Of a stretch of DNA of 64,000 nucleotides, positions 17,155 through 25,625 are shown one piece after another. How positions within the stretch are numbered: position 1 is the stretch's first letter; the number at the start of each line of letters is the position of its first letter. The position numbers and the translations under genes are program-made. A model generated the notes under the pieces. That model was not told the DNA's origin and searched no databases. It saw only the letters and a list, made by a program, of their open reading frames with translations. Source of the stretch: a virus; the IMG/VR virus record IMGVR_UViG_3300032236_000971, positions 43,890 through 107,889 of that record. One strand, written 5' to 3'.

Positions 17155-17981
17155 AGGGATATACAATGGGTGTGACATACACTATTATCGAACATGAAGA
17201 AAATAACGAAAATGCTTTTTGGACAGAAACCAAAAAGAAGTTGATGGCTGAAACTGATTTGTCAGTTTTTAAAACTTGGGCTACTGTTCGTAGTATTCCT
17301 ATCTATAATCCAAATGAGTTTTTTGAAAATTATTGCCCTGAAGTCGAAGCTTTGATTGATGGGCGTACTGATGTTGACCTTTGGAAATCTATTCTCAAGG
17401 AACCTTTCTATGGTCATACTGAAGAAAGTTATGAGGAAGCTAAACAGTTCTCGTTTGAGGGAACGGTTGAATGCACCCCTTGGACCCTTAAGTCGGCTCA
17501 TCATATACTTACATTTGAGAAGATTATGGGTAAAAGCATTCTTGATTACGATCAGATTGTAGACTTTGGTTCAGGTATCGGCGAAACAGCAAGAATGATC
17601 CTTGACTTAGGCTTCAAAGGGGAGTATTATTTGTATGACCTTCCCGAGACAGTTCGTATTCCGTTAGCATATTTGAAGAACTATTCAAATGTTAAAGCTG
17701 TAGAAAATTATGATGATATTCCTTGGGGTAAAAAGACTCTGTTCATCGGTACTTGGAGTCTATCAGAAGTTCCTTACAAGTATCGCGCAGAGATTGCTAA
17801 ATATTTTGCTGGTCAAGATTTTCTAATTATCTTTCAGAACCAGGTATTCAAGTACAACAACCTAAACTACTTCCTGTTCGATTTTCCAATCGAGTCAGAA
17901 ACGTTCATTCGCCTTGAGCAGATTAAGTGGCATGGCGGCGGTAACGGAAACTTCTATCTAATCGGCACTAAGCCATACTGA
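17151..17981 (+). CDS. Putative SAM-dependent (sugar O-)methyltransferase
   Basis: IVDFGSGIGETAR SAM-binding motif; YDLPE; TWSLSE. Confidence 0.65.
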   Translation: MKGYTMGVTYTIIEHEENNENAFWTETKKKLMAETDLSVFKTWATVRSIPIYNPNEFFENYCPEVEALIDGRTDVDLWKSILKEPFYGHTEESYEEAKQFSFEGTVECTPWTLKSAHHILTFEKIMGKSILDYDQIVDFGSGIGETARMILDLGFKGEYYLYDLPETVRIPLAYLKNYSNVKAVENYDDIPWGKKTLFIGTWSLSEVPYKYRAEIAKYFAGQDFLIIFQNQVFKYNNLNYFLFDFPIESETFIRLEQIKWHGGGNGNFYLIGTKPY

Positions 17982-17993
17982 GGAGAATATAGA

Positions 17994-18359
17994 ATGGCAT
18001 ACTGGGGTTTTCATCTAATGCTTGATTGCGCTGAACTTGATCATGCGTGTATCACTAGCGAAAATACTATCTACAACTTCGTGAAGCGTCTTGTTGCTGA
18101 TATCGACATGGTCGCTTATGGAGAACCGCAGATTGTAAACTTTGGGTCTGGCAATAAGGCTGGCTACACTCTTGTCCAGCTCATTGAAACATCTAACATC
18201 TGCGCTCACTTTGTGCCTGATGATGGAATGGGCGGCAACGCTATGTATCTCGATGTGTTTTCTTGTAAGGAATATGATGATCAAGTAGTCATCAAGCTTG
18301 TCAAGGAATTCTTTGGTGCTAAGTACATTCGTCCTAACTATCTAACTCGACAGGCTTAA
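17994..18359 (+). CDS. speD: S-adenosylmethionine decarboxylase proenzyme
   Basis: GFHLMLDC; GYTLVQLIETSNICAH (self-cleavage serine); YLDVFSCK. Confidence 0.88.
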   Translation: MAYWGFHLMLDCAELDHACITSENTIYNFVKRLVADIDMVAYGEPQIVNFGSGNKAGYTLVQLIETSNICAHFVPDDGMGGNAMYLDVFSCKEYDDQVVIKLVKEFFGAKYIRPNYLTRQA

Positions 18360-18363
18360 TACA

Positions 18364-18945
18364 ATGATTAATTATGTAAGTTCAGCAACGTTCGTTGGAG
18401 CTGCGGTTCCTTTCGTGACGTTTAAGACTCGTGTTCGTGATGACTCTATTGGTGGTCCTAATCCCTATCGCTGGCAGGATGTAACCACTGACGATTACTT
18501 TCATGGCAAGCGAGTAATTCTTTTCTCGCTTCCTGGCGCTTTCACTCCTACTTGTTCAACGTTTCAGCTTCCTGGCTTTGAAGAAATGTTTAATGAGTTT
18601 CAAGAAATTCATGGGATCGACGAAATTTACTGTATGTCAGTAAATGATGCGTTTGTTATGAATGCCTGGGCAAAGCAGCAGGAAATCAAGAACATCAAGG
18701 TTATTCCTGACGGTAACGGTCAGTTCACCATGGCGATGGGTATGCTTGTGAACAAGTACAACCTTGGTTTCGGTCGTCGTTCTTGGCGTTATGCTGCGGT
18801 TGTTAATGATGGATTGATTGAAGCTTGGTTTGAAGAGCCAGGTTATGTTGATAACGCAGAAGATGATCCATATGGTGTTTCTTCTCCAGAAAATATTATG
18901 GCGTACCTTAACGCAAAGGCGACTGAACAGGAGCGTGGTCAGTGA
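18364..18945 (+). CDS. Peroxiredoxin (Prx5 type)
   Basis: FSLPGAFTPTCS, SVNDAFVMNAW, PDGNG, RSWRYA. Confidence 0.95.
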   Translation: MINYVSSATFVGAAVPFVTFKTRVRDDSIGGPNPYRWQDVTTDDYFHGKRVILFSLPGAFTPTCSTFQLPGFEEMFNEFQEIHGIDEIYCMSVNDAFVMNAWAKQQEIKNIKVIPDGNGQFTMAMGMLVNKYNLGFGRRSWRYAAVVNDGLIEAWFEEPGYVDNAEDDPYGVSSPENIMAYLNAKATEQERGQ

Positions 18946-19937
18946 GTGGTTTTGAAGAGAACGAAATCTCTATTAACTCTAATGGCGGTACTGAGCTATC
19001 AAAGCGCAGTATCGCCGCTAATATTCCTGAAGAGCTTTCTAATGAGTTTCAGGTTGTTGCTTCTAGAATGCGTGACCTTCAAGAAGATAAGATTCGTGTC
19101 TATTGGATTCATGATCTTGCTGAAGACCCAGAGCTTTCTCACCTCAAGGATGAAAACAGCCGTAACAGATTTCATAAGATTGTTTTCGTTTCTCACTGGC
19201 AGATGAATGAGTTCATCACGAAGCTTGGTATTCCTTGGTCTGATCAGCTCTGTGTAATCGAAAATCCAATCGATCCTTTTCCAACACATGAAAAGCCAAC
19301 GGATAAGATCAACCTCATCTATTTTTCAACTCCTCAGCGTGGGTTGGAATTGCTTGTTCCTACTTTCGAAGCTCTTGCTAATAAGTACGATAACATTCAC
19401 TTGAATGTATACTCAAGCTTTAAAATTTATGGCTGGGCGGAAGCTGATCAGCATTTTGAACCTCTTTATGAAAAGATTCGTAATCACCCTCAGATGACGT
19501 ATCATGGATTTGCTGCTCAGAAAGAACTACGTCAAGCTGTTATTGATTCTCATATCCTAGCGTACCCATCAATGTGGGCTGAAACTTCCTGTAGAGTTTT
19601 GATGGAATCTATGTCGGGCGGTCTTATGTGTGTTCATTCGAACCTTGCTGCTCTTCCAGAAACATCTGGTGGCTTGACTACAATGTATCAATTTAACAAG
19701 GATCCGCAGATTCATGTTAATACATTCTATCAGTATTTGGAACATGCTATTAAAACTGTAGGAAATCCTGAGTCAAAGAACTACTTTAATTTTGTAAAAT
19801 CCTACGCAGATACTAGATACAATACAACCAAGATCAGCAACCATTGGGAGATCCTTATGAAAGAGCTCCTACAGAAATATCCAACAGCTGAGTCACGTAA
19901 AATTCCAGCGAAACAATTCATTTACAGAACGTCATAA
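18942..19937 (+). CDS. Glycosyltransferase family 4 (GT-B)
   Basis: GGTE, STPQRGL, YPSMWAETSCRVLMES, AALPET. Confidence 0.88.
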   Translation: MSGFEENEISINSNGGTELSKRSIAANIPEELSNEFQVVASRMRDLQEDKIRVYWIHDLAEDPELSHLKDENSRNRFHKIVFVSHWQMNEFITKLGIPWSDQLCVIENPIDPFPTHEKPTDKINLIYFSTPQRGLELLVPTFEALANKYDNIHLNVYSSFKIYGWAEADQHFEPLYEKIRNHPQMTYHGFAAQKELRQAVIDSHILAYPSMWAETSCRVLMESMSGGLMCVHSNLAALPETSGGLTTMYQFNKDPQIHVNTFYQYLEHAIKTVGNPESKNYFNFVKSYADTRYNTTKISNHWEILMKELLQKYPTAESRKIPAKQFIYRTS

Positions 19938-19942
19938 ATAGT

Positions 19943-19971
19943 TTGACTAATTTGTAATTTTAAGGTATAGT
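19943..19971 (+). promoter_or_regulatory. sigma70-type promoter, preceded by late-like CATAAATA (19933-19940)
   Basis: TTGACT-N17-TATAGT. Confidence 0.6.
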
Positions 19972-19978
19972 TATCTTT

Positions 19979-20362
19979 ATGAAAAAACAGTCTGATAACG
20001 TCATTATGTTCCCGTCAAGAGGTAATCCGCCTCAACAAGTTTCCAATGAAAAAATCAAAGTTGATATGAAAATGGTTAAGTTCAACCATATCAACGAAGC
20101 GTTGGAAACAATCATCCCTATGCTGTTCAACAATATCACGATAGCTGGGTTTGATATCCTTCCTGAAGACGAGGAAGAAGACGAGAACATCAAGGACAAT
20201 GCTTTGATTGTTGAATCGATTCGCTCTATCCTCTGTAAGTATTATGGGCTGAATCACCCTCTGCAGGAAGTCGCAGAGGATTTTTTCGTTCGTAAAGAGG
20301 AAGGCGTGTTATCTGTAACTAGGCACCTAGAACTAGACCTGAGCCACTACGACAAAGAGTGA
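19979..20362 (+). CDS. Hypothetical protein upstream of rnh
   Basis: NVIMFP N-terminus; 127 aa ORF. Confidence 0.7.
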   Translation: MKKQSDNVIMFPSRGNPPQQVSNEKIKVDMKMVKFNHINEALETIIPMLFNNITIAGFDILPEDEEEDENIKDNALIVESIRSILCKYYGLNHPLQEVAEDFFVRKEEGVLSVTRHLELDLSHYDKE

Positions 20363-20368
20363 AACATT

Positions 20369-21241
20369 ATGATTATCGTTGACTTGTCACAAGTTATGCT
20401 TTCCAACCTCATGATGCAGATTGGAAATCATACGAATGCTAAGATCGAAGAGAATATGGTTCGTCATATGGTATTGAACTCTCTTCGCTCGTACAACTCA
20501 AAATTCTCCGAAGAGTTCGGTGAAATGGTTATTGCCTGCGACAATACTAATTACTGGCGTAAGCAACTGTTTCCTTACTACAAGGCAAACCGCAAAAAAA
20601 ACCAAGAAAAGTCGGAAATGGATTGGAAGGCGGTGTTTGAATGCCTTAACAAGATCCGTGCCGAGCTTAAAGAGTTCTTTCCTTATCGTGTAATTGATAT
20701 TGAAACTGCCGAGGCAGATGATATCATTGCTACATTGGTTGTTAATCACCCTGCTTCTATTGAAAGTTTTATCGATGCGTCCGACGACGTATTGATTCTT
20801 TCTGGTGATAAGGACTTCATTCAGCTCCACAAGCATTCATATGTAAAGCAGTATGATCCTGTACACAAGAAGTGGATCACTCACGAAGATCCAAAGCGTT
20901 ACCTAGCAGAACATATTCTTAAAGGGGATAGCGGTGATGGCGTTCCTAACATACTTTCTCCTGACAATTGTTTTGTTATTGGCGAACGTCAGAAGCCGAT
21001 GACACAAAAGAAAATCGATGCGTTGATTGAACTTGGTTTGGAAGGTAAGTTTGATCACCCTATGGCTCGTAACTACTACCGCAATAAACAATTGATTGAC
21101 CTAAGTATGATACCTAACGAAGTGAAAGAAAAGATATTAGAGTCATATGAGGCTCAGGCAAACAAGGGTCGGGATAAGATGTTCAACTATTTTATCTCAA
21201 ACAAACTTAAAAATTTGATGGAACATTTAGGAGATTTTTAA
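20369..21241 (+). CDS. rnh: T4-type RNase H (5'-3' exonuclease)
   Basis: YWRK..FPYYKANRK, EADDII, SGDKDFIQL, KGDSGDGVPNILS. Confidence 0.95.
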   Translation: MIIVDLSQVMLSNLMMQIGNHTNAKIEENMVRHMVLNSLRSYNSKFSEEFGEMVIACDNTNYWRKQLFPYYKANRKKNQEKSEMDWKAVFECLNKIRAELKEFFPYRVIDIETAEADDIIATLVVNHPASIESFIDASDDVLILSGDKDFIQLHKHSYVKQYDPVHKKWITHEDPKRYLAEHILKGDSGDGVPNILSPDNCFVIGERQKPMTQKKIDALIELGLEGKFDHPMARNYYRNKQLIDLSMIPNEVKEKILESYEAQANKGRDKMFNYFISNKLKNLMEHLGDF

Positions 21242-21678
21242 TGGGTATGCGAATCGGTATTGCTGAGTTCCTTGAAAAGGTCAGCAAGCTAAAGAAGAAA
21301 GAAGATAAGGTTGAAGCATTGAAAATGAATGATAGCTACGTATTGCGTACTATCCTTCAGGGAGCTTTTGATCCCCGTATTGTATGGGCTATCCCGCCAG
21401 GCGTTCCCCCATATAAGGTCAACCAGCTTGTTGATCAAGAAAACGTTTTGATCAAGGACGCACGTAAGCTAGTTTATTTTGTTGAGGGCGCAGGATATGA
21501 TTTGAAGCCACTCAAGCGTGAAACGATGTTTATCGAGTTTCTTGAATCGCTCGCTCCAGCAGACGCTGAGATGATTTGTACTATTAAAGAAAAGAAATTA
21601 CCTTGGAAGGGCATCACCATTGACATTATCAACGAAGCTTTTCCTAACTTTATTCCAGTAGAGGAGAAGACGGAATAA
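21241..21678 (+). CDS. Hypothetical protein conserved in T4-like phages (DUF6433-like)
   Basis: KRETMFIEFLESL..DAE; follows rnh. Confidence 0.7.
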   Translation: MGMRIGIAEFLEKVSKLKKKEDKVEALKMNDSYVLRTILQGAFDPRIVWAIPPGVPPYKVNQLVDQENVLIKDARKLVYFVEGAGYDLKPLKRETMFIEFLESLAPADAEMICTIKEKKLPWKGITIDIINEAFPNFIPVEEKTE

Positions 21679-21679
21679 C

Positions 21680-21910
21680 ATGAATAAAAATAGATATTAT
21701 CTCGAGGATAGAGATTATATTGACGGTGCTGAAGTTGATGCTCGAAAGCAGAAGAACAAGCATAAGGAAAAGCGTTTTGAACGTGCGCTGAAAACAAAAG
21801 ATATATCAGCTTTGCTTGAAGACGAGGAAAGCGATTACGCCTATGATAGTATCTATGATGAAATGGCTGACGAGGACAGTTGGCCAGATGAACGTGAGGA
21901 ATACCGATAA
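21680..21910 (+). CDS. Hypothetical protein
   Basis: ORF track; coupled to the next gene. Confidence 0.65.
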   Translation: MNKNRYYLEDRDYIDGAEVDARKQKNKHKEKRFERALKTKDISALLEDEESDYAYDSIYDEMADEDSWPDEREEYR

Positions 21911-22152
21911 TGCCAACGTATAATTTCATAAATAATGATACTGGTGAAGAGTTCACTGAGTTCATGAGCATCTCAGCTCTTGATCAGTACCTAAAAGATA
22001 ACCCTAACGTAACTCAACTCGTTAGCGGTGCTCCGCTTATTCATTCTGGTAGGGGTCTGGGCAAGCCAGATCAAGGTTTCCGCGATCTACTAAAAGATAT
22101 GAAGAAAAAGCATTCACAGGGGTTTACTAGGAGTACCATTAACACACATTAG
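21910..22152 (+). CDS. FmdB-like small protein
   Basis: MPTYNF..NDTGEEF...YLKDNP; usual position upstream of phoH. Confidence 0.75.
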   Translation: MPTYNFINNDTGEEFTEFMSISALDQYLKDNPNVTQLVSGAPLIHSGRGLGKPDQGFRDLLKDMKKKHSQGFTRSTINTH

Positions 22153-22166
22153 TAAGAAAGTATTAA

Positions 22167-22904
22167 ATGAGCGAACAGAGACTGACTAGAAAACAAAGAA
22201 GACAAAGACAGAATCTCAAGCCAGAGGAAACAAATTTAAGATTAAATTTCAAACTAAAAAACGTTGAACCTTTAACTGAAAATCAAAAGTTAACATTTGA
22301 GCAATATGACCAAGGAAAAAACCTCCTACTACACGGTATTGCAGGAACTGGCAAATCTTTTTTGTCCATCTATCTTTCCCTCAAAACCATCCTCCAAGAC
22401 AATTGTAGATATAAGAAGCTGGTCATCGTACGCTCCGTCGTCCCTACCAGAGATATGGGATTCCTCCCTGGAAACAACAAAGAAAAAGCCAAGGTCTACG
22501 AAGCCCCATACCTAGCTATCTTTTCTGAGTTGTTCGAACGTGGTGATGCTTATGACTACCTCAAAAATAAAAATATTGTTGAATTCATCAGTACTAGTTT
22601 CATACGTGGCATTACTATTAACGATTCTATTATCGTTGTAGATGAAATAGCCAATATGACCCTACACGAACTTGATTCAGTTATCACTCGTGTTGGTAAA
22701 AATTGTAAGATCATTTTTTGCGGTGATTTCCGCCAGTCTGATTTTACAAAAGAACACGAGAAAAACGGTTTGACAGATTTCATGCGAATTATCGAACGTA
22801 TGAAATCATTTTCCTTTGTGGACTTTACCGAACAGGATATCGTTCGCTCATCAATGGTGAAAGAGTATATTATCATGAAAGATAGGTTGAAAATTGTCGC
22901 GTAA
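22167..22904 (+). CDS. phoH: PhoH-family ATPase
   Basis: GIAGTGKS, GFLPG, FIRGIT, DEIAN, GDFRQSD, DIVRS. Confidence 0.95.
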   Translation: MSEQRLTRKQRRQRQNLKPEETNLRLNFKLKNVEPLTENQKLTFEQYDQGKNLLLHGIAGTGKSFLSIYLSLKTILQDNCRYKKLVIVRSVVPTRDMGFLPGNNKEKAKVYEAPYLAIFSELFERGDAYDYLKNKNIVEFISTSFIRGITINDSIIVVDEIANMTLHELDSVITRVGKNCKIIFCGDFRQSDFTKEHEKNGLTDFMRIIERMKSFSFVDFTEQDIVRSSMVKEYIIMKDRLKIVA

Positions 22905-23547
22905 AATATTCGAACATTCTTTCTTTCCAAAAATTCAATTGGAGAGGGTGAACATTAACGGTGCCCGACATTATGCTACACCCGAAGGGAAAAAGTATAA
23001 GTCGGTCACCACTATCATAAGCGAACGTACTGATAAGACGCATTTGCTTGAATGGCGCAAACGAGTTGGCGAGGCTGAGGCTACAAAGATATCGGTTCAA
23101 GCAGCCAACCGTGGTACAGCCATTCATAATATCGCCGAGCATTACCTTCTAAACGAACCAAACTACCCAAAGGGTGTGATGCCAGCGAACGTTGATACGT
23201 TCAAAAAGCTGAGACCAATCATCGACGACAACATTGGCACGATATATGGGTTGGAGCATTTTATGTACTCTGACTTGTTACAGACCGCTGGTGCTACTGA
23301 CTGTATCGCTGAGTTCAACGGCGTGATGTCGGTTGTTGACTTCAAAACGTCAACAAAGCTCAAAAAGGAAGAGTGGATTCAAAACTATTTCCTACAGGCT
23401 ACAGCCTATGCGCTTATGGCGGAAGAGCGTCATGGCGTTGAAGTTCCTCAAATTGCTATTTTGATCGCCGTTGATCACGAAGAGCCTCAAGTGTTTGTCA
23501 AGCCCAAGTACCTTTATGTTGATGAAGTTCGTGAACTTTTTGCTTGA
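22894..23547 (+). CDS. PD-(D/E)XK exonuclease (Cas4/Mgme1-like)
   Basis: RHYATPEG, SVTT, RGTAIH, AGATDC, DFKTS, QATAYA. Confidence 0.88.
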   Translation: MSRKIFEHSFFPKIQLERVNINGARHYATPEGKKYKSVTTIISERTDKTHLLEWRKRVGEAEATKISVQAANRGTAIHNIAEHYLLNEPNYPKGVMPANVDTFKKLRPIIDDNIGTIYGLEHFMYSDLLQTAGATDCIAEFNGVMSVVDFKTSTKLKKEEWIQNYFLQATAYALMAEERHGVEVPQIAILIAVDHEEPQVFVKPKYLYVDEVRELFA

Positions 23548-23572
23548 CTTTTTTTAAAAACTAGGGTAGAAT
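23544..23572 (+). promoter_or_regulatory. Early sigma70-type promoter
   Basis: TTGACT-N17-TAGAAT followed by leader GGTTGAACAGGAG. Confidence 0.8.
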
Positions 23573-23601
23573 ATAGGTCTTGGTTGAACAGGAGCTATGA
23601 A

Positions 23602-23886
23602 ATGTCTAAGCTTTCTATACTCGTGAAACGCTACACTTCTACTTCTAAAACTAAAGGTTTCTCGGCTTATGATGAAATAGACGCTTCTAAAAAGTGGGCT
23701 GAATATAGTGTAGATGAATATAAAATTCGCCAGCTTATGCAAGGTGTTGATTTTACTGAGAAATTCGACGCTGAGAAAGCTTTAACTATAGTTCGTCGAA
23801 AAATAGAGTGGATGTATAAGCACCGGAACTTCGACGTCTCTGAAGCGACTCTCTACTATAAAAAACTGAAACGTCTAGTCGGTTGA
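23602..23886 (+). CDS. Early hypothetical protein
   Basis: AGGAG RBS, ATG 23602. Confidence 0.75.
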   Translation: MSKLSILVKRYTSTSKTKGFSAYDEIDASKKWAEYSVDEYKIRQLMQGVDFTEKFDAEKALTIVRRKIEWMYKHRNFDVSEATLYYKKLKRLVG

Positions 23887-23892
23887 AATTTA

Positions 23893-23920
23893 AGGGGAAC
23901 TTCGGTTCCTCTTTTTTTTT
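23893..23920 (+). terminator. Rho-independent terminator
   Basis: AGGGGAAC-TTCG-GTTCCTCT followed by a T run. Confidence 0.9.
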
Positions 23921-23925
23921 GAAAA

Positions 23926-23981
23926 AATTTGTTGTCTAGCTACGAAAGCTGGTTGACTTATTTTAAAAGCAAGCGTATACT
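23926..23981 (+). promoter_or_regulatory. Early promoter, copy 1 of a 34 bp direct repeat
   Basis: AATTTGTTGTCTAGCTACGAAAGCTGGTTGACTT; TTGACT 23953-N17-TATACT 23976. Confidence 0.85.
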
Positions 23982-24013
23982 ATATGTATGGTTGGTTGAA
24001 CAGGAGAACTAGA

Positions 24014-24187
24014 ATGGACTACACGAACTTAACAATAGGCGTCCAGTTAGCTATTGCTAACCTTAAGGACCAGGCGATCGCGCTTGGGTTTGATTTTCCG
24101 AATCAGGATATTGCTAAGGTTGAGCCGAAGGTACTTTATGACTTTTACCTTGAGCTAGAGAATTACGTTGAAAATAATTCAAAATAA
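24014..24187 (+). CDS. Early hypothetical protein (57 aa)
   Basis: AGGAG RBS, ATG 24014. Confidence 0.7.
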   Translation: MDYTNLTIGVQLAIANLKDQAIALGFDFPNQDIAKVEPKVLYDFYLELENYVENNSK

Positions 24188-24241
24188 TTTGTTGTCTAGC
24201 TACGAAAGCTGGTTGACTTGTTTCTGAATCGGGCGTATACT
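24186..24241 (+). promoter_or_regulatory. Early promoter, copy 2 of the 34 bp direct repeat
   Basis: Identical 34-mer at 24186-24219; TTGACT 24213-N17-TATACT 24236. Confidence 0.85.
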
Positions 24242-24298
24242 AATAGCATGGTTGAGAAGGGGAATGGTCCCCGAAGTGAAAAAGGAAGAGGTTATAAA

Positions 24299-24856
24299 AT
24301 GGCTACTCAGGTTGCTCTCGCTCTCGAAATCTACACCGCTAACCCCTCTATCGGTCACGAGGACTTCGTGGCTTCGTTCTTGAAGGTTTTCCCCGCGCAG
24401 TCGCCTAAGATTGCTGCGCTCTACTGGCAGAATAAAGCTCGTCGGGCTTCTTTCGGTCTCGCCCCGGTCGCTCTCCCGGCGATCTATAAGGACTCTACCT
24501 CGGCTAAGGAGCCGAAGGCAGTAAAGGCAACGGTCAAGCGTATGGCTAAGGAAGTCGTTTCTAAGGTCAAGCTTGAAAAGTCGGTTCGTTCGATTAATGC
24601 AGCCCACAAAGCTAAGGTTGAGTTGAACGTCGACGAGATTGCTAAGATCAAGGAAGCGAACCTGGCTCGCATGAAGGAAGTTTCTTCTAAGCTTAAGCCT
24701 AAGAATGTTCGTGACTTCGGCGGTCGCGTCGCTAACCCTGAAGGCGAGGGTGTGACTGACTTTGATCCTACCTTGGCTCGCGAGGAAGTCCAGGCTATCC
24801 TCCGTGACGAGCGTCTGATCGACGTTTGCCCCAAGTTCGTCCGTGAGGATATTTGA
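24299..24856 (+). CDS. Early basic Ala/Lys-rich hypothetical protein
   Basis: ATG 24299 after GAGG; strongly biased codon usage. Confidence 0.75.
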   Translation: MATQVALALEIYTANPSIGHEDFVASFLKVFPAQSPKIAALYWQNKARRASFGLAPVALPAIYKDSTSAKEPKAVKATVKRMAKEVVSKVKLEKSVRSINAAHKAKVELNVDEIAKIKEANLARMKEVSSKLKPKNVRDFGGRVANPEGEGVTDFDPTLAREEVQAILRDERLIDVCPKFVREDI

Positions 24857-24936
24857 TAAGTTTGGGTTCGGACCTACGGGTCCGTTCCTTTCAAGCTGAT
24901 TACGGTCGGCTTCAACGGAACGGTTTCTAGGAGATT

Positions 24937-25122
24937 ATGATGACTTCACTTGATGAACGTATGAACGAGGGTATTGATAGGCTGATTGCTCAGCTTGAAG
25001 CTATCAAAGCACAAGAAGGTGGCTATAGCAAGAAAGTTATAGCTGTCGATAAAGTGGCTGAGGAAGCCAAGAACTACGCTGATTTTTGGGACTACAAGCT
25101 TACCGATTGGGCTAACGACTGA
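24937..25122 (+). CDS. Hypothetical protein
   Basis: AGGAG RBS. Confidence 0.7.
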   Translation: MMTSLDERMNEGIDRLIAQLEAIKAQEGGYSKKVIAVDKVAEEAKNYADFWDYKLTDWAND

Positions 25123-25127
25123 GGAGA

Positions 25128-25298
25128 ATGTTGATGAATCCGGAAAAAGAAGCTTTGAAAGCGGTAGTGGAAATCTTGATTGGGCTTGGTAGCTTGATCG
25201 CTGGTATCACGTTGATCAGCTTAGGTACCAATCTGTATATCGGGTTGGGCGTGTTCTTCCTGATCATGTACTACAACTCAACTCGTGGAGAAAAATGA
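25128..25298 (+). CDS. Small two-TM membrane protein
   Basis: Read by hand: MLMNPEKEALKAVVEILIGLGSLIAGITLISLGTNLYIGLGVFFLIMYYNSTRGEK*; GAGGAG RBS. Confidence 0.65.
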   Translation: MLMNPEKEALKAVVEILIGLGSLIAGITLISLGTNLYIGLGVFFLIMYYNSTRGEK

Positions 25299-25561
25299 TG
25301 GTTATCAACCCTATCGATATCGCTGGCGCAAGCCAAACTGGTCGCCTCTATGATATTAACGTTGATACGATCAATGAGGTGCTCGGCTTCGGACCTAACA
25401 TTGATGATGATCCAGCCAAGGTAGTCAACTCTTGGGGCTTTGAAATCGACGGCAAACGGTTCGGTATCTGGGACTATAAGGGTTCTCACCATCTCGGACA
25501 GTTTTCAACCTACGGTGACAGTGATGTGTTGTCAAAACTTTTCCCCGCACACTATGTGTGA
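25295..25561 (+). CDS. Hypothetical protein
   Basis: GGAG RBS; IWDYK motif. Confidence 0.7.
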   Translation: MMVINPIDIAGASQTGRLYDINVDTINEVLGFGPNIDDDPAKVVNSWGFEIDGKRFGIWDYKGSHHLGQFSTYGDSDVLSKLFPAHYV

Positions 25562-25595
25562 GCTGGTTGACTTTGTGACAACTCTGCGCTATAAT
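25561..25595 (+). promoter_or_regulatory. Early promoter
   Basis: AGCTGG-TTGACT-N17-TATAAT; shares the AGCTGGTTGACTT core with the 34 bp repeat. Confidence 0.85.
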
Positions 25596-25625
25596 TAACT
25601 ATAGATTGAAAGAAGGAAGCAAACA

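Noticed and set aside
23926-24219. 34 bp direct repeat with a hairpin as a possible CRISPR array, given the nearby Cas4-like nuclease
   Set aside because: Only two copies, 260 bp apart, each containing a -35 box and separated by an ORF; the nuclease is the usual phoH-linked T4-like exonuclease
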